Origin: a virus
Lineage: Duplodnaviria; Caudoviricetes
Reading direction: 5' to 3' (one strand)
DNA length: 54,393 bases
IMG/VR virus record: IMGVR_UViG_3300015050_000873
Location: 1-54,393 of that record
Part shown: one piece after another, positions 17,692 through 27,072 of the stretch
How positions within the stretch are numbered: the first letter of the stretch is position 1
How the letters are laid out: each line of letters opens with the position of its first letter
Notes under the pieces: generated by a model
Told to the model about the DNA's origin: nothing
Database searches by the model: none
Seen by the model: only the letters and a program-made list of their open reading frames with translations
Program-made: the position numbers and the translations under genes

Positions 17692-17939
17692 GTGAACCGC
17701 CTCGAGCCAAGCTCAATCGCAACAGCCCGCGCATCATGCTCACGCACAGGGCCGCCGTTCTGCTTCCAGCGGTGGATGCACATATCCGCTTCTTCGCAGT
17801 CGGCCTCTGTCATGGTGACCTGGCCAAGCACCGGGCCAACACATTGGCTGGTGGGTGTGGTCAGCCGCTTTTCAAAAGCCGCGTGCAGCTGCTCCCAAAG
17901 GGCGGGCAGGCCGGGGGCGGCGGTGTGGAGGTGATCCAT
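17688..17939 (-). CDS. Hypothetical protein
   Basis: Operon position. Confidence 0.5.
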   Translation of the reverse strand: MDHLHTAAPGLPALWEQLHAAFEKRLTTPTSQCVGPVLGQVTMTEADCEEADMCIHRWKQNGGPVREHDARAVAIELGSRRFT

Positions 17940-17944
17940 GATGA

Positions 17945-18190
17945 TCAGCGGCAGGCTTTGCGATTGCGCTTGACCATGCGCTTCTTCATGGCCGCGCGGT
18001 GGTTCGCCATGCCAGCTGCGGGAGCAACGCGGTTGCCTCCGCCCTTGCCTTTGCCGCGCGACTCGTAAGGGCCGAGCGCCGCGAGCTGTTGCTGTTGCAG
18101 GGCGATGTTGCCGCCGGTGGATGCCAGGATTCCGGCAATTGCCGCGGCCATGAACTGGGCGCGTGCGAAAGGCTGTCCAAACTTCGTCAT
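17945..18190 (-). CDS. First gene of leftward operon; basic C-terminus (N-antiterminator position)
   Basis: GGAG SD; RAAMKKRMVKRNRKACR. Confidence 0.6.
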   Translation of the reverse strand: MTKFGQPFARAQFMAAAIAGILASTGGNIALQQQQLAALGPYESRGKGKGGGNRVAPAAGMANHRAAMKKRMVKRNRKACR

Positions 18191-18229
18191 GATTTCTCCA
18201 GTGGGTTGATGAACTTCAACCGCCACATC

Positions 18230-18310
18230 AGCAAACTGTTTTGTGGCGTCTGGACGTATTCTGCAAACTATTTTGCATCAACGCAATAGGGTAAAGCAAA
18301 AAAGTTTGCT
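18230..18310. promoter_or_regulatory. OL operators (three 16-bp GCAAA-N4-TTTGC palindromes at 18230, 18262, 18295) and PL
   Basis: AGCAAACTGTTTTGTG, TGCAAACTATTTTGCA, AGCAAAAAAGTTTGCT. Confidence 0.8.
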
Positions 18311-18352
18311 TAATTTTGTAAAGTTCGGGTATTCACCTAGATTTCAGGCGTT

Positions 18353-18374
18353 AAAAACCGCCTCTAGGGGCGGT
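18353..18374 (-). terminator. Intrinsic terminator of the repressor operon
   Basis: ACCGCCCC-TA-GAGGCGGT followed by a T run on the minus strand. Confidence 0.7.
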
Positions 18375-18384
18375 GGGGATGGCG

Positions 18385-18636
18385 CTAGGCCAGCTCTTGA
18401 AAGGACAGTTCCCAGCGCAGCTTGCGGCGTAGCGCCTCAAGGGCTGGCAGGGAGTCTATGGGGTGACGGCGCCAGTGGCCGCAGACACCCGTTTGAAAGC
18501 CCGTGGGGCCTTCCTGGATGCCGTAGAACAGGGAGCGGTAATCGGAGTCTTCGGATTCGGCTTGGTCAGCCAGCCCCCGTAGCACTGTCGCTACTTCCTT
18601 TTTCGTCTTCGCGTCGATCCCCACCACTTGCAGCAT
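18385..18636 (-). CDS. Hypothetical protein co-transcribed with repressor
   Basis: Overlaps repressor 3' end, ends before terminator. Confidence 0.55.
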   Translation of the reverse strand: MLQVVGIDAKTKKEVATVLRGLADQAESEDSDYRSLFYGIQEGPTGFQTGVCGHWRRHPIDSLPALEALRRKLRWELSFQELA

Positions 18637-19231
18637 CGCCTTGACCGGTTGGTAAGTGGGATGCCGCTACAGCAGCGCTGGGCTGACTACCACTTTTCTG
18701 TTTCATTCTGGTCGTTTGTTTTTGAAAACTTAGTGAGTACTTTCCCGCCCTGTCAGAATTACAGATGGCCTCCCATAGATACGGTTCGGCCTCTTTTTCT
18801 ATCAGGTCGGAAAGCCTGCCAGACCAACGCCCACCGGGGCTTTCTGCCATTTTCTGCAGCAGATAGCCGGCCTCCGTGCGGGAGTCAATATCCAAATCAT
18901 GTAAACAAATTGCCAGAATATTGAGAGCGGTTCTCAACAACTCGGGGCCTTTTGCGTCTGAGGGTTGATCTATGTCATGTCCCGGCTCCGGCTGGGTCGA
19001 AGGTTCACCAGCCAGCAGGGCATCTGTCGTGGTCCCCATTGCCCGGGCCAGCGCAACCACGTAGCGCGGGATTCGATCGCCGGCCGCTTCCAGCTGCTCG
19101 ATGTGCTGGCGCTTGATCTCCGGCTTGCCTGGCGCTTGTTGGCGCGTCACGGCGGCGGCCATCTGGGCCGTTGACCAGCCGCGATCCGGGTGAAGACGGA
19201 ACGCCTTTACAAATTTCCCGAGATTTTTCAT
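18566..19231 (-). CDS. cI: CI-like repressor (N-terminal HTH, no recognisable S24 peptidase domain)
   Basis: Divergent from cro, flanked by operators; WSTAQMAAAV...KRQHIEQLE...LARAMGTTTDALL; alternative ATG at 19240. Confidence 0.75.
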   Translation of the reverse strand: MKNLGKFVKAFRLHPDRGWSTAQMAAAVTRQQAPGKPEIKRQHIEQLEAAGDRIPRYVVALARAMGTTTDALLAGEPSTQPEPGHDIDQPSDAKGPELLRTALNILAICLHDLDIDSRTEAGYLLQKMAESPGGRWSGRLSDLIEKEAEPYLWEAICNSDRAGKYSLSFQKQTTRMKQKSGSQPSAAVAASHLPTGQGDAASGGDRREDEKGSSDSATGAG

Positions 19232-19295
19232 GCAAATCATTTTGCAGGGCTTGCGCGCAAGTTTGTTTGCGAGTTAAGATGCAAACTACTTTGCA
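19231..19295. promoter_or_regulatory. OR operators (19231, 19256, 19280) and PR (TTGCGC-N18-TAAGAT)
   Basis: TGCAAATCATTTTGCA, CGCAAGTTTGTTTGCG, TGCAAACTACTTTGCA. Confidence 0.8.
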
Positions 19296-19309
19296 AAAGG
19301 ACGTGATTT

Positions 19310-19585
19310 ATGGACCAAAAAACCGGCATCCAACGAGCGCTTGACCAGTTTGAAGGCAGCGCCTCGAAGCTGGCCAAAGCCGCCGGTGGAGAGATCACAC
19401 GGCAGAACGTCGAGCACTGGCAAAAGGTCGGCAGGGTTGCCATGGACAAATGCGGTTACGTGCGCGCAGCGACTGGTATATCCCTGCAGGAGCTGAACGA
19501 CACCGTGAACTGGGATTCCATCCTGGTCGAGCCGCCCGTCGAAACGCCGGCCGGTGATTTGAAACCGGAAGAGCAGACGAGCTGA
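19310..19585 (+). CDS. cro: Cro-like repressor
   Basis: GSASKLAKAAGGEITRQNVEHW HTH; first rightward gene. Confidence 0.85.
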   Translation: MDQKTGIQRALDQFEGSASKLAKAAGGEITRQNVEHWQKVGRVAMDKCGYVRAATGISLQELNDTVNWDSILVEPPVETPAGDLKPEEQTS

Positions 19586-19588
19586 CTT

Positions 19589-19792
19589 ATGCACGTCATC
19601 AAGCCAATCACCAGCCTGACAGAGGCCGAAATCCGCGACATGGCCGAGGCTGCAGCCGAGAGCAACACCCCGGTGCACGAAGCCTGCCCCTTCGATCCTC
19701 ACAGCGCGCAGTACCACCAATTTCAAGGCTTCTACGTCGAGCACCGGATGTTGGTCCTGCACCCGCGCGTGCCCGAGCAAATGAGCGGGTAG
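19589..19792 (+). CDS. Hypothetical protein
   Basis: Operon position, ACPF motif. Confidence 0.6.
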   Translation: MHVIKPITSLTEAEIRDMAEAAAESNTPVHEACPFDPHSAQYHQFQGFYVEHRMLVLHPRVPEQMSG

Positions 19793-19867
19793 AGCGTCAT
19801 ATGCGCTGACCCACGGCGACCTTTCAGCACGCGAGATTTTCACCAACAACATCGAGACGACAACACC

Positions 19868-20170
19868 ATGAGCACCAAAAAAGACAGCGATAAGGAATTG
19901 GCTCCCATCATGTATTCCAGAGGAGCGTCTGCGGATGCCTTTGGCAAGCTCGATGTAGTCATTCCCGAGTTCCGCATTGACGCTGACACAGCGCTGCTTA
20001 TGCAAAGAGCCGCGAATGAGAGCGGTTGTTCTGTAGCTGAAATCTGCCGCACTGCGTGTCGGGTTCGGGTCTATGGAAAAGAGCATGTTCAGACTGTAGC
20101 GAGCAAACACCTTTCCCGCGTCATAGGGAATGTCGGGGAAATGTCGGTGTCAATCGGAACCGACAGATGA
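19868..20170 (+). CDS. Hypothetical regulator (CII position, possible ribbon-helix-helix)
   Basis: Position after cro. Confidence 0.6.
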   Translation: MSTKKDSDKELAPIMYSRGASADAFGKLDVVIPEFRIDADTALLMQRAANESGCSVAEICRTACRVRVYGKEHVQTVASKHLSRVIGNVGEMSVSIGTDR

Positions 20171-20352
20171 GCAGCACCTTGTCAGCCTTCAACTGGCGCG
20201 GCCAGCCCAGCGAGATAGCCAAAAGCCTTGCCAAGGCCACCGGCACAGCAGCACCCGCCAAGGGCCACCCGCTGAGAAACAGCGAGGCTCAGAAGGTTCG
20301 CAGCGCCAGCAGGGCGCCGACTGCCAACATCAACACGGTGCGCAGGCCATGA
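20167..20352 (+). CDS. Hypothetical protein
   Basis: ATGA overlaps; SAFNWRGQPS. Confidence 0.55.
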   Translation: MSSTLSAFNWRGQPSEIAKSLAKATGTAAPAKGHPLRNSEAQKVRSASRAPTANINTVRRP

Positions 20353-20864
20353 CCGAGCAAGGCCAGCGTGTCCTTGATCCCTGCTGCGGAAGCCGGATGT
20401 TCTGGTTTGACCGTGGCCACCCTGACGTGGTATTCGGCGACCAGCGCAACGAGACCATCGTCGTCACCGACAGGTCACACGGTAAAGCCGCCGGCACCCG
20501 CACACTGACCATCGAACCTGATGCGCTCATGGACTTCCGGGCACTACCGTTTCCCGATGGCGCATTCAAGCTGGTGGCCTTCGATCCTCCGCACCTGGTG
20601 CGCGCCGGCCCCAAGAGCTGGCTGGCGGCCAAGTACGGGAAGCTGGGCGCGGACTGGCGCGACGACCTGAGCGCTGGCTTTGCTGAGTGTTTTCGGGTGT
20701 TGGCCACCGACGGCGTGCTGGTATTCAAGTGGAACGAAACGCAAGTGAAGCTGGGCGAAGTGCTGGCCTTGACCCCTCACCAGCCGCTGTTCGGGAACAC
20801 CTCCGGCAAGAAGGCCGGCACGCACTGGCTGGTATTCATGAAGCCACTCTCGGAGGCCTCTTAA
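20349..20864 (+). CDS. Class I SAM-dependent (amino) DNA methyltransferase
   Basis: VLDPCCGSRMFWFD, FDPPH, ECFRVL..GVLVFKW. Confidence 0.88.
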   Translation: MTEQGQRVLDPCCGSRMFWFDRGHPDVVFGDQRNETIVVTDRSHGKAAGTRTLTIEPDALMDFRALPFPDGAFKLVAFDPPHLVRAGPKSWLAAKYGKLGADWRDDLSAGFAECFRVLATDGVLVFKWNETQVKLGEVLALTPHQPLFGNTSGKKAGTHWLVFMKPLSEAS

Positions 20865-21124
20865 TGCAGACCCCCACCCAGCCCACCATGACAGCCTCAG
20901 AGCGGGATGCCCACATCCAGAGCTACAGCGACCACTTCCTGGCGGCCTACCGGCGCTTTGAAGACTTCGGGCTGGCCAGTGACCGGGATGAGGCCTGCCA
21001 GTGGCTTCACCTGCGCGACCAGGCTGTCCGTGAGCGGCTGATTGATGACGGCTGTGACTTTTTTCAAACGGCCGGCGTGGCGGATGCGCGGGCTATGAGA
21101 CAAGGAGCGCCAGCAAGTGTCTGA
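20864..21124 (+). CDS. Hypothetical protein
   Basis: TAATG coupling, GGAGG SD. Confidence 0.6.
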   Translation: MQTPTQPTMTASERDAHIQSYSDHFLAAYRRFEDFGLASDRDEACQWLHLRDQAVRERLIDDGCDFFQTAGVADARAMRQGAPASV

Positions 21125-21977
21125 GCCAGTCGAGAAAACAAAGCGGCCGGCGTCCCAGTACTACTGGGGCGACTGGTTCAAGGACGTGGCCCTGCAGACC
21201 TGTTCGCTGCCGGCCCGCGGGCTGTGGCACGAAATGAATTGCCTGATGCATCAAGGCGAACCATACGGGCATTTGACTATGCCCAATGGCAAGCCCATGC
21301 AGGCCGCCCAGCTGGCGAATCTGTGCAAGGTGAGCCCTGGCGTATGCAAGAAGCTGATTCAGGAGCTGGAAGATAACGGTGTGCTGTCCCGCGCAGAGAG
21401 CGGTGCAATTTACAGCAGGCGCATGGTGCGTGACGAAGCATCGCGCGAGTTGAGGGCAGAGATAGGCCGCCAGAACGGTATTAAGGGCAAAGACTTCGGT
21501 GTTTTGGGGGGCGAATTCGGTGCCAAGGGGGGGCGTCCTGCTGCTGCAAATAACCCCCCTATAACCCCCCCACCGATACCCGAGCAAGAACCCCCTTATA
21601 ACCCCCACCCTTCTTCTGCATCTTCTTCTGCATCTGCACCTTCGGGTAATACCTCCCCCACTTCGTGGGTCCCCTCCGCTGACGCGGTTGACGACTCGAA
21701 ACCATTGGTTGCCAAAGACCTGATCGCGGAAGGTGTTGACCCGCAGGTCGCGGCAGATTGGCTCAAGGTCCGCAAGGCGAAAAAAGCGCCGTTGACCCGC
21801 ACCGCCTGGGACGGTGTGAAGCGCGAGGCTGGCCTTGCCGGGATGACGCCAGCGCAGGCTGTCAAATCCGCAACCGAGAACGGCTGGCAAGGCTTCAAGG
21901 CGAGCTGGTTGCATGGAAAAACAGGGTCGGCTGGGTCGCATTCAGGCGGCACCGACTGGACGGCGGGGGCGCAATGA
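21117..21977 (+). CDS. Replication initiator (O-like)
   Basis: YWGDWFKD..LQTCSLPARGLW, YSRRMVRD, internal iterons, C-terminal DWLKVRKAKKAPLT...WQGF. Confidence 0.85.
   Translation: MSEPVEKTKRPASQYYWGDWFKDVALQTCSLPARGLWHEMNCLMHQGEPYGHLTMPNGKPMQAAQLANLCKVSPGVCKKLIQELEDNGVLSRAESGAIYSRRMVRDEASRELRAEIGRQNGIKGKDFGVLGGEFGAKGGRPAAANNPPITPPPIPEQEPPYNPHPSSASSSASAPSGNTSPTSWVPSADAVDDSKPLVAKDLIAEGVDPQVAADWLKVRKAKKAPLTRTAWDGVKREAGLAGMTPAQAVKSATENGWQGFKASWLHGKTGSAGSHSGGTDWTAGAQ
21550..21610 (+). repeat. Probable origin iterons, AACCCCC(C/T)TATAACCCCC x2
   Basis: Four AACCCCC units inside the initiator gene. Confidence 0.65.
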
Positions 21978-22432
21978 AGCCCTGGTACGCCGGCAACGCC
22001 CGAAACCTGCTGCAGGCCCGCCAGCAGGGCTCTGTCCCCTACGGCCCGGTGATCGTCGAAATGACCGGCGGCGCTTGGGATGTCACAACGCTTTACCTCG
22101 ACGACACCATGCCGGTGAGCAAGCTGGACTGGCGGATGCTGGTGAACCTCGACGTGTGGCTGTGGGCAAACCCCAAGGTTCAACTCGAGCGCCTGACGGA
22201 GACCGCGCTGCGCATTGCCAAGGCCCGGCCCAAAACTCTGATCGTGCGATTCGAGGCCGGCGACAAGATCCACGACGTGCATGTGGGCGACGGTTTCCAC
22301 ATTGTCCCGCCAGAGCCCATCCCAGCCACGCACCGATTCAGCGTGGCAATCATCAATTGTTCGGGCACTAAGCTGGGCGCGTCGATGCGCCGGGCTTTGA
22401 TGTCCAAGTTTCAAGGTATCCAGACGATATGA
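21974..22432 (+). CDS. Hypothetical protein
   Basis: ATGA overlaps between initiator and helicase. Confidence 0.7.
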   Translation: MKPWYAGNARNLLQARQQGSVPYGPVIVEMTGGAWDVTTLYLDDTMPVSKLDWRMLVNLDVWLWANPKVQLERLTETALRIAKARPKTLIVRFEAGDKIHDVHVGDGFHIVPPEPIPATHRFSVAIINCSGTKLGASMRRALMSKFQGIQTI

Positions 22433-23415
22433 AAACCATCGACGACACCATCAACTTTGACCAGTATTTTGCGGAACAGGAAGTAGATTCAGCGAAGGTC
22501 AAACCGGCATCAGCCTGGGCCGACGCCGTTGTGGATAACTTCTACGGCGAGACATCGCAATCGAGCTGGTCGCCAACCGGCTTTGAAAAGATGGGCGGGA
22601 AGTTTGACCTGCGGCCCGGCGAGCTGACGCTGTGGGCTGGTGTCAACGGTCACGGTAAAACCACGCTGCTGTCAAACATCATGCTCAACGTCATGCGCGG
22701 CGGCCAGCGGGTGTGCTTGGCTTCCCTGGAGATGCCGCCGCACAAGACCATGGCGAAGATGACCCAGCAGGCGGCCGGTGTGGCGCTGCCGGCGCCGCGG
22801 TACATCCGCGGGTTCCACGACTGGACGAACGAAAAGCTCTGGGTCTATGACCACGTTGGAAAGCTGGCCGCCAGTCGTGCCCTGGCGGTGGCCACCTACG
22901 TGCGCAAGGAACTGCAAATCGAGCATCTGGTGATCGACAGCCTCATGAAGTGCGGCCTGGGCACCGACGACTACACGGCGCAAAAAGACTTTGTAGACGG
23001 CCTGTGCTCCGTGGCGCGCGATACCGGCCTGCACATCCACCTAGTCTGCCACATGCGCAAGGGCGAGAACGAAAGCAAACCGTCGGAAAAGTTCGACGTG
23101 AAGGGCGCCAGCGAGATTGTGGATCTGGCCGACAACCTGATGATCGTCTGGAAGAACCTACCCAAGCTGAACGAGTTGTCACAACTCGAAGCGCCGCGCC
23201 ACTCACCGACCGAGGAAGCAGCGCGCCTGCAACGGATCGAGGAACTGCGCAAAAAACCGGATTCATTCGTCAGGCTGGCCAAGCAGCGGCACTTCAGCTG
23301 GGAGGGCAGCTGGGCATTCTGGTTTGACCGGAACAGCCAGCAGTACCTCGAAAACGAACGCGAAAGCCCTGTCTACAAGGGATTGACGCTGAACCTGCAT
23401 GAGGTGCAGCCGTGA
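22429..23415 (+). CDS. SF4 (DnaB-like) replicative helicase
   Basis: GVNGHGKT, SLEM, LVIDSL, HLVCH, KGASEI.DLADN, KQRH. Confidence 0.9.
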   Translation: MKTIDDTINFDQYFAEQEVDSAKVKPASAWADAVVDNFYGETSQSSWSPTGFEKMGGKFDLRPGELTLWAGVNGHGKTTLLSNIMLNVMRGGQRVCLASLEMPPHKTMAKMTQQAAGVALPAPRYIRGFHDWTNEKLWVYDHVGKLAASRALAVATYVRKELQIEHLVIDSLMKCGLGTDDYTAQKDFVDGLCSVARDTGLHIHLVCHMRKGENESKPSEKFDVKGASEIVDLADNLMIVWKNLPKLNELSQLEAPRHSPTEEAARLQRIEELRKKPDSFVRLAKQRHFSWEGSWAFWFDRNSQQYLENERESPVYKGLTLNLHEVQP

Positions 23416-23744
23416 GCAAGTACAGCGCCAAAAGGACCGTGGTTGACGGCATCACCTTCGACAGCCAGGCCGAAGCGCGCCGCTGGCAGAACCTGCGGCT
23501 GCTTGAACGCGCCGGCCACATCAGCAACCTGCGCCGGCAAGTGGCTTACGAACTTGCCCCGGCCGTGCTGCTGGCTGGTGCTAAACGCAAGAAGCCTGCT
23601 ATCAGATTTATAGCTGACTTCGTATACCAGTCAGGCGCTGCGACCATTGTGGAGGATGTAAAGGGCGTGGTGCTGCCGGTCTTCCGCATGAAGCTGCATT
23701 TCATGAAAACCGTTCACAACATCGATGTACTGGTGACCAAATGA
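23412..23744 (+). CDS. DUF1064-like endonuclease
   Basis: KYSAK..VVDGITFDS, ADFVY, VEDVKG. Confidence 0.85.
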   Translation: MSKYSAKRTVVDGITFDSQAEARRWQNLRLLERAGHISNLRRQVAYELAPAVLLAGAKRKKPAIRFIADFVYQSGAATIVEDVKGVVLPVFRMKLHFMKTVHNIDVLVTK

Positions 23745-24283
23745 AAAACCCAATCTGGACCGCCATAGCGGCCATCGTCACCATCCCCGTGGTCAAGGTC
23801 TGGCTGGTGGACCGCGCCCAGCGCACGCCTTACACCCACATCATGAGCCCGGACGGCAGTTCCTGCTACATGGGCCGGTGGTGGCTGTTCAACCCTTACC
23901 CGGCCAGCGGCGCGGCGAAGCGCAAGGGCATGGGGTGGCTGCCGTCCGTGCGAATTCACCACATCATGCGGGCCGACGGCGACCGTCACCACCACGACCA
24001 TCCATGGAACGCCCGCACGATCATCCTGCATGGCTGGTACGACGAAGAGCGGCAATTCAAGTTCAGCAAGGCCTATCCGCCGGCGCTCCTGAAATTCACC
24101 CGTGAGCCTGGTGACACCCAGACCCTCAAGTTCGGCGAGTACCACCGCATCGCGGAAGTCTCCCCGGGCGGCGTCTGGACGCTGTTCATCACCTGGAAAT
24201 ACCGCGGCACCTGGGGTTTTGACGTTGACGGCGTGAAGGTCCCGTGGCGCGAGTACCTGGGCATCGAGGACACGAAGCCATGA
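23741..24283 (+). CDS. Cupin-like hypothetical protein
   Basis: RIHHI..D.DRHHHDHPW, GWYDE, YHRI, WTLF. Confidence 0.75.
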   Translation: MKNPIWTAIAAIVTIPVVKVWLVDRAQRTPYTHIMSPDGSSCYMGRWWLFNPYPASGAAKRKGMGWLPSVRIHHIMRADGDRHHHDHPWNARTIILHGWYDEERQFKFSKAYPPALLKFTREPGDTQTLKFGEYHRIAEVSPGGVWTLFITWKYRGTWGFDVDGVKVPWREYLGIEDTKP

Positions 24284-24498
24284 CCTCCAACCCCTGGGGC
24301 CTCAACGCCCGCGAGGCCGAAGCCATGACAGCCGTGATAGAGCACGGCAGGGCAAAAACTGCAGCACGGGCCATGGGAATCAGCCACAGGACGACGGAGG
24401 TCTACTTCTGTGCCGCCCGCAAAAAGATGGGCGTGAGCAGCCTGGTGCAGGCAGCGGTGAAGTGGGACCGGCATTTGCGTGAACAGGTGGCCGCATGA
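24280..24498 (+). CDS. LuxR-type HTH protein
   Basis: LNAREAEAM...KTAARAMGISHRTTEVY...ARKKMGV. Confidence 0.8.
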   Translation: MTSNPWGLNAREAEAMTAVIEHGRAKTAARAMGISHRTTEVYFCAARKKMGVSSLVQAAVKWDRHLREQVAA

Positions 24499-25007
24499 AA
24501 GCCGTCTTCCTCGACATCGACGGCGTGCTGAACTGCCACCGCACGGCCATTGCCTTCGGCGGTATCCCGCACACAACTGCACGCAACGGGCGCGCTGGGC
24601 TGGATGAAGTAGCGATTCGCTTGATCGGCGGCATCGTGCGCGCGGCCGGCGCGGTGGTGGTGCTGTCCTCGACCTGGCGCAAGCACAGCGACTGGACGGA
24701 CTACGGGCCGGCGCTGGACCTGCCAATCGTGGACCGCACACCCAGCCTCTGCGGCAACCGCGGCACCGAGATTGCCGACTGGCTGACCCGCCACCCCGGC
24801 GTGGAGCAGTACGCAATCATTGACGACGACAGCGACATGCTGGAGCACCAGCTGCCGTACTTTGTACACACCAGCGGGTTCAATGGCTTCACTTGGGAAA
24901 ACGCGCTGATGCTGGCAAAGCTGATGGGCATCGACATCTATGACGTGAACCACCCCAAGCAGCGGCTACCGGAGCCTTGCAAGGCGCTGGACTGGAGGGA
25001 CGTGTGA
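24495..25007 (+). CDS. HAD-family protein (Swiss-army-knife RNA-repair type)
   Basis: FLDIDGVLN, LSSTWR, RGTEI..WL, YAIIDDD. Confidence 0.85.
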   Translation: MKAVFLDIDGVLNCHRTAIAFGGIPHTTARNGRAGLDEVAIRLIGGIVRAAGAVVVLSSTWRKHSDWTDYGPALDLPIVDRTPSLCGNRGTEIADWLTRHPGVEQYAIIDDDSDMLEHQLPYFVHTSGFNGFTWENALMLAKLMGIDIYDVNHPKQRLPEPCKALDWRDV

Positions 25008-25180
25008 ACTGCGCCAAGTGCAATCGCACCCTGAAAAACCCAAGCCCCAGCGGGTTCGGCCCGGTCTGCCTGCGCGCTGTCACTGGCTCAAAGCCTGCCA
25101 GGGTGCGGATTCTCGACCGCAGGGTAAAGCGTAGCGCTGATGAGCGGCAGTTTGAGATTGTGTTCGAGGTGCGGCCATGA
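25004..25180 (+). CDS. Small zinc-finger protein (DUF6011-like)
   Basis: CAKCNRTL...GFGPVC. Confidence 0.65.
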   Translation: MNCAKCNRTLKNPSPSGFGPVCLRAVTGSKPARVRILDRRVKRSADERQFEIVFEVRP

Positions 25181-25560
25181 GGTGGCTCAACCGCGATCTG
25201 ATCGTCGGCCCCTACCTGACGCTCGTGCTTTCCGAGAGGGAATGCCATAAAGCCTTTCGCCATTGCCGGCTACCCAAGGACAAGTGGGGCCCATGGATCA
25301 AGTCAGACCACGCCGATGCAACCATGCACTGGCTGACCAACCCGAACGGAAATCAGGTTTGCATCGTAGCCATGCGAGTGCGACCTGGAATATCTGGCGT
25401 CCAAGCTGCCTCTATTCTGGTGCATGAGGCTGTGCATATCTGGCAAGTGTTCAGGCAGCGGATCGGAGAAGAAAGCCCGTCCGCGGAATTTGAGGCCTAC
25501 GCCATCCAGGCTATTTCGCAGCGGCTGATGGAAGCCTATGCGGGGAGGTACATGCCGTGA
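25177..25560 (+). CDS. Hypothetical protein with HExxH
   Basis: LVHEAVH...EFEAY. Confidence 0.75.
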   Translation: MRWLNRDLIVGPYLTLVLSERECHKAFRHCRLPKDKWGPWIKSDHADATMHWLTNPNGNQVCIVAMRVRPGISGVQAASILVHEAVHIWQVFRQRIGEESPSAEFEAYAIQAISQRLMEAYAGRYMP

Positions 25561-26090
25561 GCGACATCCTCCTCCGCGTCGAACTGCACAACGCCGAGCA
25601 AGGCCGGCAGGTGCTGACCAAGAGCGCCCTGCCATGGGTGGGCGAGCAACTGCACCAGGGCCGCGCGCTGGTGGCTGAGTTCCGCCTGCTGGATGACGCC
25701 ATCACCGAGGCCCAGAGAGGATATTTGCACGGCGTTGTACTGGAGGAAATCCACCTCTACGCGCGCCCCAATGGCAATCAGTTCGCAATGCCCGTCTGGA
25801 AGGAGTGGTTTCGCTCCCGCCTCCTGCCCAACAAGCGGGTGACATCCATCAACCCGATGACTGGGAAAAAGAGCCGGCGCAGCGTGCGGGTCAGCACCGA
25901 AGACCTGGGCGTGCGCAGGCTGGCCAAGTACATCGACGAGGTGATCGCCATCGCGGCCGAGGAGCTGGGCGTGGTGGTGTCGGAACCCATGCCGCCGCAC
26001 TTGAGACCGCAGCGCCGGCAGAAGAAGAACGAAGTGATCGACCCGGACACGGGTGAAGTTCTGGAAGCAGTTACCGAGCAAGAAAGCTGA
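25557..26090 (+). CDS. NinB-like protein
   Basis: TEAQRGYLHG, WKEWF, STEDL...YID. Confidence 0.65.
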   Translation: MSDILLRVELHNAEQGRQVLTKSALPWVGEQLHQGRALVAEFRLLDDAITEAQRGYLHGVVLEEIHLYARPNGNQFAMPVWKEWFRSRLLPNKRVTSINPMTGKKSRRSVRVSTEDLGVRRLAKYIDEVIAIAAEELGVVVSEPMPPHLRPQRRQKKNEVIDPDTGEVLEAVTEQES

Positions 26091-26129
26091 CGCGCCGCAG
26101 CTGCCAGGGCGCAACAACCGGAGATTTAA

Positions 26130-26549
26130 ATGACGACAAGCGTAATCGTATCGAGCAACCGACCAAACCACGAGGATGTGCTGGTTGAAACACTGAACGC
26201 GGCAGGCGAAGCCAACACCGGCACGCGGCTGACCGACGGCGAGCAGCGCTCGTTTTTCGTACACAGCGGCGCCAGTTTGCGGATCACTGAAGTGGCAAAA
26301 GACGCCGAGGCCGCCACGTCGCCCAACCACGAGACCTTCGGCACAAAAGCCGTGGGCCTGGCGTTCAACCCGAGCGGCGACCCGCACGTGACGAACATCA
26401 AGGAAGAGTTCGCCAAGTGCATCGAGCGCATGCACCAGTACCGCACCCACAACGCCGACCCGGAAGTCAAACGCATGGCGAGCCTGGCCATCACGGCTGC
26501 GCAGGAAGCCCAGATGTGGGCCGTCAAAGCGGCGACCTGGAAAAGCTGA
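26130..26549 (+). CDS. Two-domain protein with C-terminal Acb2/Tad1-like helical hairpin
   Basis: VGLAFNPSGD..V..IK...RMASLAITAAQEAQMWAVKAAT. Confidence 0.6.
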   Translation: MTTSVIVSSNRPNHEDVLVETLNAAGEANTGTRLTDGEQRSFFVHSGASLRITEVAKDAEAATSPNHETFGTKAVGLAFNPSGDPHVTNIKEEFAKCIERMHQYRTHNADPEVKRMASLAITAAQEAQMWAVKAATWKS

Positions 26550-26560
26550 CCGGGCCTGCC

Positions 26561-26656
26561 ATGGAAGACCAGCCCTCCATTGAATCCATCTGCCTGACGG
26601 TAATCGTCATCGCAGTGCTGGGGACCATTGGGGTGCTGGTGATGGCGCTTTTTTAA
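26561..26656 (+). CDS. 31-aa membrane peptide
   Basis: Single TM filling the gap. Confidence 0.4.
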   Translation: MEDQPSIESICLTVIVIAVLGTIGVLVMALF

Positions 26657-26674
26657 CTGACCGAAGGAGAAATC

Positions 26675-27070
26675 ATGTTTGACCGCACACAGGTTTATCT
26701 GCACCGAGGCAATCAGGGGCCGAGCCACATCAGCGTCACCAAAACAGAAAAGCGAGCGCCGACCGACGAGTCCGTGCGCCTGCTGCGCGAAATGGAGGAT
26801 GCCGCCAAAGGCCAGGTACTGGCAGCCGTCAGGGTTGAAAACACCCCGGTGGACGGTGTGCTTCACGTCATGCGGGACCAAATGAGTGACCTGATGCGAT
26901 TTTCGTGCGTGTTCAAGGTCAACGGCAAGCGGTTGGAAGCACGGCACGAAGCCAACCTCTCGGCAAGCCGGGAGGACATAGCGATCGGCGTGCGTGATGC
27001 CATTGCGAAGGTCATCGCCAACGAACTGACGTCCAGCGTGCTCGCAGCCAGCAAAGCGCTGAATTTCTAA
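26675..27070 (+). CDS. Hypothetical protein
   Basis: AAGGAG SD; EKRAPTDESVRLLREME. Confidence 0.75.
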   Translation: MFDRTQVYLHRGNQGPSHISVTKTEKRAPTDESVRLLREMEDAAKGQVLAAVRVENTPVDGVLHVMRDQMSDLMRFSCVFKVNGKRLEARHEANLSASREDIAIGVRDAIAKVIANELTSSVLAASKALNF

Positions 27071-27072
27071 TC

